NCBI GenBank assembly: GCA_964407715.1
Contig: CAYOWP010000005.1
Span: 12,780 to 76,779 of the forward strand
Source: an uncultured archaeon
GTDB lineage: Archaea; EX4484-52; JAADEF01
Direction: 5' to 3'
Length of the DNA: 64,000 bases
Shown here one piece after another: positions 8,335 through 18,844 of the stretch. A program made the translations under genes and the position numbers. The notes beneath the pieces were generated by a model, which saw only the letters and a program-made list of their open reading frames with translations, was not told the origin of the DNA and did not search any database. Position 1 is the first letter of the stretch. Each line of letters starts with the position of its first letter.

Positions 8335-8859
8335 ATGGAGCTATGGAAAAGCATAGAACCTCTTGCTGGGAAGGATGTTGTAAATGTAATTATTGAGATA
8401 TCAAAGGGCAGTAAAAACAAATATGAGTTGGATAAGAAAACAGGATTAATAAAGCTCGATAGAGTTTTATATAGTGCTATGCACTATCCTTTAGATTATG
8501 GTCTCATACCAAAGACATATTGTGAGGATGGGGATCCATTGGACATTTTGGTAATCTCAACGGAATCTCTTCTTCCAGGCGTATTGGTAGAGGCAAGAGT
8601 AATAGGAGCTATGAGGATGATAGACAGTGGGGAACAGGATGATAAGCTTATAGGAGTAGTGGCAGAGGATCCACGATTGAATCATATAAATGACATAGAA
8701 GATGTTGGTGAGCATACATTAAAAGAAATAAGGCATTTCTTTGAGCATTATAAGGATCTTCAGGGTAAAAAGGTTGAGGTTAAAGAATTTCTCGGCAAAC
8801 AACAGGCTTTAAAAATACTTAAGGATAGCATTTCCCTTTATAATCAAAAATTTAAATAA
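8335..8859 (+). CDS. ppa: Inorganic pyrophosphatase (family I)
   Basis: DRVLYS..HYP..YG.IP.T..EDGDPLD, DDKLI. Confidence 0.97.
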   Translation: MELWKSIEPLAGKDVVNVIIEISKGSKNKYELDKKTGLIKLDRVLYSAMHYPLDYGLIPKTYCEDGDPLDILVISTESLLPGVLVEARVIGAMRMIDSGEQDDKLIGVVAEDPRLNHINDIEDVGEHTLKEIRHFFEHYKDLQGKKVEVKEFLGKQQALKILKDSISLYNQKFK

Positions 8860-8893
8860 CTTCTTTTTAAATTTTAGATGCAAAAATTGTTCT

Positions 8894-10714
8894 ATGGAAA
8901 AGGACAAGGAGATATATGTTCCGGATACCTCAGCATTGATAAATCATGTGGTTAGCAGATTAATAGAGGAGGGAAGTATAAAGGAAGGTGTTATAATCAT
9001 ACCTAAATTTGTCCTTTCTGAGTTGGAAAATCAAGCAAATAAAGGCAGAGATATAGGATATTTGGGATTAGAGGAGATAAAGAAGCTAAAGCAATTTGAA
9101 AAAGAAGGAAAAGGCATTGAGGTTACTTTTGAGGGAAGATTGCCTACTCTTGAGGAGATCCAACTCTCAAAATCCGGTAGGATAGATTTTCTTATTAGGG
9201 AGATTGCATATGAAAAGGGAGCAACGCTGATAACCTCTGATTATGTTCAGGCAAAGGTAGCTGAAGCAATGGCTATGAACGTGATATATATTGAAAAGAA
9301 AATACCTCTCGAGAAATTGCCTTTTGAAAGATTTTTTGATGAAAACACAACATCTGTGCATTTAAAGGAAGGATGTAAACCTATGGCAAAAAAAGGAAGA
9401 CCAGGAAACATGAGATTGGTTGAGATTGGTGATGAGGTATTAACAAGAGAATATCTTGAAAAACTAATTTCTGATATCTTGGATTATGTTAGGATAGATG
9501 ATGAGAGTCATGTTGAGATAAGCAAATTTGATGCTACTGTAGTACAGCTAAGAGAATACCGCATAGCCATTACAAGACCACATTTCTCAGATGGCATAGA
9601 AGTAACCATTGTCAAACCTACAATTAAATTGACATTAGATGACTATAAATTGAAGGACAAGTTGATAGAGAGATTAAGAACAAAGGCAGAGGGCATATTA
9701 ATAGCTGGTCCTCCTGGTCATGGAAAAACAACATTTGCTCAGGCATTGGCAGAGTATTATCTCAGCTTGAACAGAGTTGTTAAGACAATGGAGCACCCAC
9801 GTGATCTAAATCTTCCAAAGGAAATAACCCAATATGCTCCGCTTGATGGAAAGATGGAGAATACAGCAGATATCCTTTTGCTTGTGAGACCTGACAATGT
9901 GATATATGATGAGGTTAGGAAAACTGCAGATTTCAAAATATTTGCGGATATGAGAATGGCAGGTATTGGGATGATAGGAGTGGTACATGCCTCGAATCCC
10001 ATAGAGGCAGTGCAGAGGTTTATAGGAAGGGTTGATCTTGGACTTATACCTCAGATTGTGGATACCGTGATATTTATCCACTCAGGTGAGATCAAGAGAG
10101 TATATACTCTCTCATTAACTGTAAGAACGCCCACAGGGATGATTGATGATGATCTCGCGCGTCCTATTATAGAGGTTAGGGATTTCGAGACAAATGAGTT
10201 GAAATATGAGATTTACACATATGGAGAGCAAACCGTTGTGATGCCAGTAGAGAATGTGCCAAATGAGAAGCAGGAATCTGCTATAGAGAATCTGGCAAAG
10301 GAGATGATATTGAAAGAGGTTAGAAAATTTGCTAAGAATCCAGAGATTTCTATCATAGATAAAAACAGGGTTGTTGTTAAAGTGGATGAGAAAGATATTG
10401 CTAAACTAATAGGCAGGAAAGGCAAAACAATTAGCAATATAGAGGAGAAGTTAGGCTTGAAGATAAATGTTGAACCCAAAACTGGCACTCTTAAAGATGA
10501 AATAGATTATGATTTAGAAGAGAAGGGAGCTTACATAGTGATATATGTGGATGATAAATTAAAATGTAAAACAGTCGATATATACAGTGATGGTGAGTAC
10601 TTGCTCTCACCAACTGTAAGTAAAAAAGGATATATAAAGATAAAGAAGAAATCTGAGCTGGGAAAGAAACTTCTCAGTGCATGGCTCAAAGGCACATTAA
10701 AACTTTATGCTTAA
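8894..10714 (+). CDS. PINA: PIN domain-VirB11-type ATPase-KH domain protein
   Basis: N-terminal PIN (VPDTS), GPPGHGKTT, KH motif LIGRKG. Confidence 0.92.
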   Translation: MEKDKEIYVPDTSALINHVVSRLIEEGSIKEGVIIIPKFVLSELENQANKGRDIGYLGLEEIKKLKQFEKEGKGIEVTFEGRLPTLEEIQLSKSGRIDFLIREIAYEKGATLITSDYVQAKVAEAMAMNVIYIEKKIPLEKLPFERFFDENTTSVHLKEGCKPMAKKGRPGNMRLVEIGDEVLTREYLEKLISDILDYVRIDDESHVEISKFDATVVQLREYRIAITRPHFSDGIEVTIVKPTIKLTLDDYKLKDKLIERLRTKAEGILIAGPPGHGKTTFAQALAEYYLSLNRVVKTMEHPRDLNLPKEITQYAPLDGKMENTADILLLVRPDNVIYDEVRKTADFKIFADMRMAGIGMIGVVHASNPIEAVQRFIGRVDLGLIPQIVDTVIFIHSGEIKRVYTLSLTVRTPTGMIDDDLARPIIEVRDFETNELKYEIYTYGEQTVVMPVENVPNEKQESAIENLAKEMILKEVRKFAKNPEISIIDKNRVVVKVDEKDIAKLIGRKGKTISNIEEKLGLKINVEPKTGTLKDEIDYDLEEKGAYIVIYVDDKLKCKTVDIYSDGEYLLSPTVSKKGYIKIKKKSELGKKLLSAWLKGTLKLYA

Positions 10715-10745
10715 TTTTAGAGTTTTTAGGTAGTTTGTAGATTTT

Positions 10746-11083
10746 GGCATTGTCCAATAATTTTTGATGAGGATTTGTTAACGAGAAAATTCGTTCTTAC
10801 AATCGCATTAGCTCTACAAAGTTTGCTGCTCTAATGGGCTTCTTTAAGAGGTTATCTTTTAACAAGGAATTATACCCAGTCAATGAGCAGCAGTAAAGCA
10901 GCTAACCTTTTGAAGAGGTTAGCATGCTACAAAACCTGTAGTAATAGCGATTTCTTCCAATTAACAAAATCATTTAAAATGGTTAACGGGAAGCATAGCC
11001 CTATTCAAAGGGTTAACTGCTCTTATGCACTTCTTTGAGAGGTACGTTTCCGCTTAACAAATAGAGAATTATTGGACAATGCT
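10746..11083. mobile_element. MITE-like element 2, long composite form with three internal modules
   Basis: TIR GGCATTGTCCAATAAT / ATTATTGGACAATGCT; no clear target duplication. Confidence 0.85.
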
Positions 11084-11138
11084 CACATCTTTGGTAATAG
11101 TCAAAATTTTTTATTTTTTGAAATACCATAATCTAAAT

Positions 11139-11558
11139 ATGGTGGAGCGATTTGTATTGAGATATCATTTAAAAGCGCGGAAAGGTTGGGTGTGTATAGA
11201 TAGAGATATAGAAGATCTCCTTAATAAGATAAAGACCACAAATAAAGAGAGCGGTATTATCCACATATTTGCTAAGGGATCAACAGGATCTGTTATATTG
11301 ATAGAGGATGATCCAAATCTCCTACATGATTTGTTTGATATACTTGATAAGATAGCACCTTTTGATAGAGATTACAAACATCACATGACATGGCATGATG
11401 ATAATGGTGCAAGCCATATAAGGGCAACTCTCTTGGGTCAAGAAATCTCGATACCATATGAGGAGGGAAGATTACTCAAAGGCACATGGCAAAATATCAT
11501 TCTCATAAATCATGATACAAGAGATAGAGAAAGGGAAATAATAGTGACGATATTGTAG
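11139..11558 (+). CDS. yjbQ: YjbQ/UPF0047 family protein (ORF-track start at 11079 lies in the MITE TIR)
   Basis: YKHH..WHDDNGASHIRATLLG, L..GTWQ.I. Confidence 0.9.
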   Translation: MVERFVLRYHLKARKGWVCIDRDIEDLLNKIKTTNKESGIIHIFAKGSTGSVILIEDDPNLLHDLFDILDKIAPFDRDYKHHMTWHDDNGASHIRATLLGQEISIPYEEGRLLKGTWQNIILINHDTRDREREIIVTIL

Positions 11559-11560
11559 TG

Positions 11561-12208
11561 TCATTGAGTGATTTCTTTTAATGCCCTTACATCTACGATC
11601 CAATATTTTTGCGATGAGATGATGATTGGATTGATTTCCATTTCTAAAAGATTTTCTTCCTTGTATATCTTATACAATTTGAGTATAACATCAGCTAATT
11701 TATCTATGTCATACTTTATATCGCGGAATTTGTTTTTAGCCAAGAAAAATCCATACTTTGTTGATAATATTAAGTCTTTGATGCCTTCTTTATTTAGCGG
11801 AAGAAGCCTAAATGCAACGTCTTTTTCTAATTCGATATCTATCCCGCCTTTTCCAAAAGATACCACATTACCATATAGATGATCCTTCTTAAATGAAATG
11901 TAGAACTCGCGACCTTTAACTTCTTTCTCTATATATACCTCTTCAGCCTTAGTGATTATCTCTTTATATTTATTTATTAAATCCTCAAGAGAATATACAT
12001 TAAGATAAATGAGCCCATGTTCTGTTTTATGCGAATATTTTCGTGAGAAACCTTTTATAACAAAGGGTGGCGTATTGTTATCAAAAAAGTTTTTTATGTC
12101 CTCTATTGAGGATATTTTCTTTCGTGGCACAATATTTAATCCCTCTTCCAAAAATCTATCTTCCAAATCATTCAATGAGAGAAGTTTTACCAGCACCATT
12201 GTTTTCAC
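11561..12208 (-). CDS. Stand-alone ATP-grasp domain of the acetate-CoA ligase (ADP-forming) type
   Basis: G.GGIDIELEKDVAFRLLP, EMEINPII, VDVR. Confidence 0.75.
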   Translation of the reverse strand: MKTMVLVKLLSLNDLEDRFLEEGLNIVPRKKISSIEDIKNFFDNNTPPFVIKGFSRKYSHKTEHGLIYLNVYSLEDLINKYKEIITKAEEVYIEKEVKGREFYISFKKDHLYGNVVSFGKGGIDIELEKDVAFRLLPLNKEGIKDLILSTKYGFFLAKNKFRDIKYDIDKLADVILKLYKIYKEENLLEMEINPIIISSQKYWIVDVRALKEITQ

Positions 12209-12210
12209 TC

Positions 12211-12642
12211 CTACATATTTAACTTTCTTTGAATTTGTCTTAACATGTCTATGATAAGATCATTTTGAGTTTTTATTGTTCGTAATTCATATATAACATC
12301 TTCCAATGATGGATTCTGGATGGTTTCTTTTTCAGCATTCTTCGTATTCTCTTCAAATGAAAAGGGATATAATGCTTCAGGGATATTTTTCTCAGGATTC
12401 TCAAATTTTTCTGGAGGATTTTCATTAAATGGAGGAGGATAAAATAATCCTTTTTCCTGTTCTGGAGAATAAGGTTGTTTTTGATTAAGATTACTGACAT
12501 CTTTAGGATAACTACTCTCATTTCTTTCTTCATTCGGATTAATATCTTCATTAATGTTTTTTCCCATTAAAAAGTTTTTACTTGCCTCTAACATCAATTC
12601 GCTTTGCGTTTTTTTCTTTTTTAAGAAATCAAAAACACCCAT
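12211..12642 (-). CDS. Hypothetical protein (Pro/Glu-rich linker, C-terminal coiled coil)
   Basis: ORF with MGVFDFLKKK start and C-terminal helix. Confidence 0.65.
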   Translation of the reverse strand: MGVFDFLKKKKTQSELMLEASKNFLMGKNINEDINPNEERNESSYPKDVSNLNQKQPYSPEQEKGLFYPPPFNENPPEKFENPEKNIPEALYPFSFEENTKNAEKETIQNPSLEDVIYELRTIKTQNDLIIDMLRQIQRKLNM

Positions 12643-12697
12643 AAAAATATATATTCAACCTTGATACTATATATAATTTGTATAAAGGTGAGAGATT

Positions 12698-12946
12698 ATG
12701 AGAAAATTTAAGGGACTAAGCGCAGCTATTGCTGTTGTCATTACCATTGTTGTGTTATTAATAATTGCATTAGCGGTTATTGGAGTTTCAACAGGTGCTA
12801 TTGGTAAGCTTGGAGGTGTAATCTCACATACTCCTGGGGAAGAGGAGATATCATCAACAGTATGTTCATCTCAGATTACTCAAGAGCTTTGTGAGAAATT
12901 TGAGAATTGTGAATGGGTTGATGGTAAATGTGTTCCAAGAGAATAG
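12698..12946 (+). CDS. Small pilin-like protein with class III signal peptide and Cys-rich tip
   Basis: KFKG/LSAAIAVVITIVVLLII; SD GGTGA. Confidence 0.7.
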   Translation: MRKFKGLSAAIAVVITIVVLLIIALAVIGVSTGAIGKLGGVISHTPGEEEISSTVCSSQITQELCEKFENCEWVDGKCVPRE

Positions 12947-12962
12947 CATACTCTAAACTTGA

Positions 12963-13097
12963 TATGACTTTAACTCCAAGAAATCTCGGTTTAGCAGGAG
13001 GTATTCTTTGGGGCTTATGCTTATTTATAACAACTTTGATTTCCATGTTTACAGGATATGCTATGGAATTTTTAAGCATGAAATCTTTTGATAATTT
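12963..13097 (+). pseudogene. Truncated small membrane protein gene, cut off by repeat array 1
   Basis: MTLTPRNLGLAGGILWGLCLFITTLISMFTGYAMEFL then reads into repeat sequence. Confidence 0.55.
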
Positions 13098-13709
13098 GGT
13101 TAAGAGAATGTGTAGCCTGATAAGAGGCATCTTGAAGCATCTAACCTTAAATTTCTTTAATGAGAACTGGTTAATGGAAGGGATACCTTCTCGATGAGCC
13201 ATAGGAGAGCAGCTAACCTTAAGTGGGTAGCATACTCAAAGAGCTTTGATAATAGCACCATCTTCCCGTTAACCATATTATCAAAAAATTGTTGAGGAGA
13301 GGCATGCATCTTTAAAAGAGCATGTTACAGCAGCTAATCTTTTGAGCGGTTTTGAAGCAGAGCTATCCTTTTTCAAGGCGAGTTACAATGCTGTAAAGCC
13401 TGGGAGAGGGCGATTCTTTTCGCGTTAACTAAAAAATAAAAAATGGTTAACGGGAAGGATAACCTATTCATTCAGCATATTAGAGCAGCTAACCTTTTTG
13501 AAAGGTTAGCATGCTGCAAGACCTTGGCGAAAGTGATATCTTCCCGTTAACCAAATTTTTATTAAATCTTTTATTGGTTAACGGGAGACATACCTTATCA
13601 AAACACGTATTACAGCAGCTAACCTTCGAAAGGGGTTAGTGAGCAGCTAACCTTTTGAGCGGTTAGCATGCTGCAATGTGCTTTGGAAAGCGATTCTCTC
13701 GCGTTAACC
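13098..13709 (+). repeat. Tandem array 1 of hairpin units (about 5 units, 2 partial)
   Basis: Full units at 13169-13274, 13445-13552 and 13576-13709: GGTTAACGGGA...GAGCAGCTAACC-loop-GGTTAGCATGCTG...TCCCGTTAACC. Confidence 0.92.
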
Positions 13710-13787
13710 ATGACCTTAAAAATAAATCAGGTTCATGAGAGGGAGGTTAATTATTTAAATAATTCATTTTCAATAAAATATAAACTT

Positions 13788-14771
13788 ATGGAGATATCAA
13801 TGACTTATTTTTTATCTTTGTTGAGCAGTTTTTTGCTTTTTTTGATGCTTATCTTTTCGGGTATAAAAGCAGATAAGAAAAAGGAAATCAGAAAACTCAT
13901 AATTTCTATTCTTATAACTATGTTGGTAGTATATACATTGAAGTTCTCATTGAGATTTGAAAGGCCTGGAACGGATATTTTATTATTTAAATTTGATAAG
14001 TATTCTTTTCCAAGTACTCATGCAGCTCTTAGCGGAGTTCTTGGATTATATATCTCTACATTATGGTCAATTATTTTAGCAATAATAATAGGCTTGTTAA
14101 GATGCTATCTCAAGGCGCATTATTTGATGGATATTATTGGAGGATGGATTATAAGCTTAGTGATTTATTGTATAGCATTCCGTAAACAAGAAATCATTTC
14201 AAAATCAAAAAAACTTAAGAAGATATTATTAAGAAAAATTCTTCATGTGATTTTTGGTAGTGGAGTGTTGATTTCAGGAATTCTCTTCTATGATTATTTT
14301 CTTTATATAGGCATAGCGATAATAGCGCTATATTTAGCGTTTGTTCATACTCCTATCGGAAGAAAGATATATTTAAAAGTTAAGCGTCCTGATAAAACCT
14401 GGATTGATGTTCTTTCTCCTGTATACATTGTTTTGGGAGCCATGATTTCATATTTATTATACCTGGAGCATATATTTTATATCTCTCTTATATTTGTGGC
14501 TTATATTGATGCATTTACATCTGTTATTGGAAATATATTTCCTTATCTTAGATTGCCAAATAAGAGACATCTTACAGGAACAATAATAGGTAGCATGATA
14601 GCATATATTATAGTCTCTTGGTTTTCATCAGAGATATATGGATTTATAAGCTCACTATCTTTTTTTGTATATGAGGTTGTTTTTCCAAGTTATAAAAAAA
14701 TAAATGATAATTTATTTATTCCTGTTTGGATTGGGTTATGGCTTATGATACTTGAGAGGTTGATATTATGA
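13788..14771 (+). CDS. PAP2 phosphatase fused to a SEC59/phytol-kinase-like membrane domain
   Basis: FPSTHAA and R..LKAHYLMD (PAP2); LLRKILH...D......IG...DNL.IP (kinase-like). Confidence 0.7.
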   Translation: MEISMTYFLSLLSSFLLFLMLIFSGIKADKKKEIRKLIISILITMLVVYTLKFSLRFERPGTDILLFKFDKYSFPSTHAALSGVLGLYISTLWSIILAIIIGLLRCYLKAHYLMDIIGGWIISLVIYCIAFRKQEIISKSKKLKKILLRKILHVIFGSGVLISGILFYDYFLYIGIAIIALYLAFVHTPIGRKIYLKVKRPDKTWIDVLSPVYIVLGAMISYLLYLEHIFYISLIFVAYIDAFTSVIGNIFPYLRLPNKRHLTGTIIGSMIAYIIVSWFSSEIYGFISSLSFFVYEVVFPSYKKINDNLFIPVWIGLWLMILERLIL

Positions 14772-15397
14772 GATATAAGGTTTTAAGTTTAATATCTGGA
14801 GAATTGGACTCTCCTATTGCTGCATATTTATTAGCGAGAAGAGGATTTAAGGTTGATCTCTTACATTTTGATGCGGAATCATATAATGAAGGAATCTTGC
14901 TTTATAAAACCACAAGAATATTTGAGAGATTTAAGAAAAATAATATTGTTAAAAGATTATATGTGGTGCATCAAAAATACCTCCTTGATATATTGACAAA
15001 AGAGGTTCCACCAAATCTACTTATAGTGGTGTGGAGAAGGTTTATGGTTAGAATTGCAGAAAGGATTGCAAAAAGATATGGATATGATTTCTTAGCCACA
15101 GGAGATTCGATAGGTCAAGTAGCAAGTCAAACAATCTATAACATGTACGTGATAGATCAAACAACTGAAATGCACATTTTAAAGCCGCTATTATTATGGA
15201 ACAAAAAAGATATAATAAAAATGAATCACAAATTAGGGATATACGATATTACCTCTATAACGAGTTCGTGTCTTCTTGGCATTCCCCTTAAGTCTAAAAC
15301 ATGCACAAAGCTAAGCGAGATATTAAAGATAGAGGAGAAATTGAATGTTGAAGAACTTGTAGATAAATATAAGGAAAATTTAGAGATATTAGAATAA
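14768..15397 (+). CDS. thiI: ThiI-like PP-loop domain protein lacking the THUMP domain
   Basis: LISGELDSPIAA, TGDSIGQVASQT, LKPLL. Confidence 0.75.
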   Translation: MRYKVLSLISGELDSPIAAYLLARRGFKVDLLHFDAESYNEGILLYKTTRIFERFKKNNIVKRLYVVHQKYLLDILTKEVPPNLLIVVWRRFMVRIAERIAKRYGYDFLATGDSIGQVASQTIYNMYVIDQTTEMHILKPLLLWNKKDIIKMNHKLGIYDITSITSSCLLGIPLKSKTCTKLSEILKIEEKLNVEELVDKYKENLEILE

Positions 15398-16471
15398 CTC
15401 AACATCAAGTGTGAAATCTTCTCCGGTGTTCAATTCTGGAGGAAGAAGATCAGTGTCTATTATAGCAGCAACTTTATATGCATCTGATAATTTTCTACCT
15501 TTTAATCTATCCAAGAAATTGATTCCTTCATTCCATCCAAAATAGCAAGTGATTAGATATTCATTATTTTTGATATTTGTCATCCACACTTTATTCTCAC
15601 TCACGGCAATAAATGTTTCATTCTTAATTTGAGAGATATTGACATCATAAATATAGCTATCGCTAGGAGATAACAAAGAGGTGTTGAAATATAAAACATA
15701 TCCTCTAAAACCATCATAGTTTATATAAGAACTCAAATTACTTACAACCAATATATATTTATCTTTATCCGGCACAGAGGATAAATCATATGTTGATGGA
15801 ATATAGGCAATACCATAAAACTCATTTCCTACTAATCTTCCATTTGTATAATTACACAACTTAAAGGATGAAAGTATGTTTTCATATGAATTTATGGTTA
15901 TGTAAGGATCCTCAAAATTCTCTATTGAGAAATAGGCACATAGCATTTTTTCCAAATTGTATCCCTGCTGATTTATTTTATCTACTATAACATATGAAAT
16001 ATTAAAGCATGCTTTTATTATATCGTATGAGTGCATGGATATTGAGTAATTATTTATCTCCACATCCAAAACAATGTTTTTAAGTGATGCTATCATCTTA
16101 TACTTTGATAGCCACTCTGTGATCGTGCTGTTAATCATAAAATCATTTTTGAATCCATCATAATCCCCATAAATAGATAAATTAAATAATATGTCTTCTG
16201 TGTTATTATAAAACCTACCTTCATAGGTCTCATTATTTATAAGCTCAACTAATGCTCTCTTTAATGCTACCTCAACACTTCTCGGAAAATCACGCTCTAA
16301 ACATTTTTTTATTTCCTTTAAGGTATTTCCTCTATAAAAACTTGATGTGGTGCTCTCAACATATTTCATTTTGATTGATAGGTTATAGGTCAAATATACA
16401 AGCATTATAGATATTGCGATGATAGTAAATAGAGTATACCCTAATCCTTTTTTCTTATTAGTTTTTACCAT
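15389..16471 (-). CDS. Class III signal-peptide (type IV pilin-like) protein
   Basis: KKG/LGYTLFTIIAI; last gene of the pilin-like operon. Confidence 0.7.
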   Translation of the reverse strand: MVKTNKKKGLGYTLFTIIAISIMLVYLTYNLSIKMKYVESTTSSFYRGNTLKEIKKCLERDFPRSVEVALKRALVELINNETYEGRFYNNTEDILFNLSIYGDYDGFKNDFMINSTITEWLSKYKMIASLKNIVLDVEINNYSISMHSYDIIKACFNISYVIVDKINQQGYNLEKMLCAYFSIENFEDPYITINSYENILSSFKLCNYTNGRLVGNEFYGIAYIPSTYDLSSVPDKDKYILVVSNLSSYINYDGFRGYVLYFNTSLLSPSDSYIYDVNISQIKNETFIAVSENKVWMTNIKNNEYLITCYFGWNEGINFLDRLKGRKLSDAYKVAAIIDTDLLPPELNTGEDFTLDVELF

Positions 16472-18360
16472 ACTGTCACCTCCAATCTAACAGGACCATG
16501 GAGATAAGGTATATTACCTATACTTGCTGTTTCATTTTTTATTTCAGTGGCATTGATATATCCTCCAAGAACTGCACGTAATCTTTGAATGGCATCATTT
16601 ATTGCTTCCTCTTTTGAAGGTAATACATTGCCATATCCAACATGTGATGGTATTAAAATAGTATACTCAAATGAACTTTCTGGAAGATAATCACAACCTG
16701 AACATGAATCCTCCATTCTAATATAGTTATCTACAGATACATCGAAGTTGACTGGATCAATGTAAATAGTGGAGGGAATGCCTCGTGGAAGATGAGAGCT
16801 GAAAACCCGAGTTGTAGGTATTGCGCTGCTCCACACATCAACATCAATAGTATAACTGAAAAGCTGGGCAACATGTAGGAATGTGGAAAGCAAAGTATTA
16901 TCATTGAAATTTATGGTATATGTTTTTGGATTTTCTTTATTACCTCCTAAGAGATTGGAGATTGTTATGTCTATTTTTCCATAATAGAGGGAGGTTTCAT
17001 TGTAGGTATAATTTAAGAATACATATGTTGATCCATATGGATCATTCTCTGGATCAGAATATATCTCAGTATATCCATCTCCAGTAAAGTCATCTCCATA
17101 TGTATTGGCATATACCACTATATAATTTGTACCTTGCTGGGATACAGGTGTTAAATCATAATAGAGATCCATATTTTTTGATGGATGTATAATTTCATCA
17201 ATTAGATTTCCATTCACATATACTCTTACATCCCAATTATACCACTGCCAATCTTCCCATGACCACCACCACCCTACATCCTCTATATCTCTTAAGGAAA
17301 GATGAAAGGTTACATTATTGATATGCGAATTTAAAGGTATATAATATTCCATTGTAGCCCATACGCCTGTTTTTCTATTTAGTGTTTCATTAGAAAGAAC
17401 ATCCTCATAATACACATACTTTTCAACATTTTTCTTTTCCTCATAAAATGAATCATCACTATATGTTATTTCGATTCTGCTACCAGGATGTACATGTGCA
17501 TTATACTGCGGATTTTTAAATCTTAGTGTCAAGGTGTTCCATCCATGGTGAATATGAGGTTTTAGATCCACATATCCAAACATTGCTCTTCCTGTTGCTG
17601 CTAATTCATTCCACAACCAAACAATATCATCTTTTATATTAACTCCATTGATTGATACTGCATTAAGATCACTTGAGCTTCTTCCTTTATGGATTGAGAT
17701 ATAGAATATTGCTGATGATAAATTTTCAGGATACTGCTCATAATAAAATTTCTTTGTTATTGTTAACCATCCTCCTTCATTTCCTGCCCCTTCTGGAGAG
17801 ATAGGAAATACTAATGTTGTATTTTTCTTTATTTTTGTAGCAAATGCTTTTGCTACATATCCCAATGGCTCCTTTGTTTCTTCATAGCCTGTAACAAAAG
17901 TATATGCTTTTGATATGTATTCAGATGATGTGTTTGAGGTTGAATAAACAATAAACTCTTTTGTGCTTGTTGAGAGGGTTATATTTATATAAAAATATTT
18001 TGTTAAGTTTGGATAGAGATAATCTATGAGATTTTTTATGAGGGTGTAGTTATTTTTATTCCATAACAAGACAATAATCTCATCAATTGACTTGTTATAT
18101 AATACTTCTTTATCAATATTACATGTTGAGGATATCTCATTCTGATATGTACTTGGCAGTGATGAGAACTTAATTTCGTGTAGAGTGGTTATTATATCAT
18201 GCGCCAATAGATTATTCTTCTTTTCTTTTATATAGGCATAGATGTTTTCGCTGCTTTCATTATAATAATATATGAATAATCCAAAAATAAAGATACTAAG
18301 CAAAGATAAAGCCATGATAGCATCATATGTGAATATTATTCCTCTTCTATTTCCAAACAT
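16465..18360 (-). CDS. Large class III signal-peptide adhesin-like protein
   Basis: RRG/IIFTYDAIMAL; beta-rich extracellular body. Confidence 0.7.
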   Translation of the reverse strand: MFGNRRGIIFTYDAIMALSLLSIFIFGLFIYYYNESSENIYAYIKEKKNNLLAHDIITTLHEIKFSSLPSTYQNEISSTCNIDKEVLYNKSIDEIIVLLWNKNNYTLIKNLIDYLYPNLTKYFYINITLSTSTKEFIVYSTSNTSSEYISKAYTFVTGYEETKEPLGYVAKAFATKIKKNTTLVFPISPEGAGNEGGWLTITKKFYYEQYPENLSSAIFYISIHKGRSSSDLNAVSINGVNIKDDIVWLWNELAATGRAMFGYVDLKPHIHHGWNTLTLRFKNPQYNAHVHPGSRIEITYSDDSFYEEKKNVEKYVYYEDVLSNETLNRKTGVWATMEYYIPLNSHINNVTFHLSLRDIEDVGWWWSWEDWQWYNWDVRVYVNGNLIDEIIHPSKNMDLYYDLTPVSQQGTNYIVVYANTYGDDFTGDGYTEIYSDPENDPYGSTYVFLNYTYNETSLYYGKIDITISNLLGGNKENPKTYTINFNDNTLLSTFLHVAQLFSYTIDVDVWSSAIPTTRVFSSHLPRGIPSTIYIDPVNFDVSVDNYIRMEDSCSGCDYLPESSFEYTILIPSHVGYGNVLPSKEEAINDAIQRLRAVLGGYINATEIKNETASIGNIPYLHGPVRLEVTVW

Positions 18361-18844
18361 AAATCTCGACCCTCACTACAGTTTGATTTAATATGCCTAT
18401 TCTTGTTATCTTAAAAACATCCTGCGAAAAATAAGGATACTTCCCATATGAAAAAACGCTTTTTGTATTATTAAAATATGTGATGTTAATGAAGAAGTGA
18501 TATTCCTCATTTGGCATAAAAAACCTTTTACTTTTATTATAAGGCATACTACTTAAGAACATAAGTTTTGTGAAATTTATCACATTTTCCTTACCCGTTG
18601 AAAAACCAATCATTTTTACGTTATGAGGATCCCAATTTTCCGGATTTCCAGTATAGGATAATATGTAATATCCGATATTTTTTGCTAAATTCTCAACCAT
18701 ATATGTTTCTTTATAATTCTCGCTTTTTTCAAACATGACATTTCCCATAAAGAACACGATACATATTAAAACTATAAAGATGGCTAATGAAAATACAAAA
18801 TCTGGTAGCAATACCTGAGCCTTTGATTTAATATGGGAACACAT
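18347..18844 (-). CDS. Minor pilin-like protein
   Basis: KAQ/VLLPDFVFSL; GNPENW motif. Confidence 0.7.
   Translation of the reverse strand: MCSHIKSKAQVLLPDFVFSLAIFIVLICIVFFMGNVMFEKSENYKETYMVENLAKNIGYYILSYTGNPENWDPHNVKMIGFSTGKENVINFTKLMFLSSMPYNKSKRFFMPNEEYHFFINITYFNNTKSVFSYGKYPYFSQDVFKITRIGILNQTVVRVEIYVWK

Noticed and set aside
11079-11138. N-terminal extension of YjbQ
   Set aside because: The ATG comes from the MITE TIR (GGACAATG).
12876-13202. ORFs 12876-13202 (-) and 12928-13197 (+) as intact genes
   Set aside because: Both read through repeat array 1; only the 12963-13097 part looks like a real, truncated gene.
13668-13787. N-terminal extension of the PAP2 fusion ORF
   Set aside because: The ATG lies within a repeat unit (GCATGCTG); 13788 is the more plausible start.
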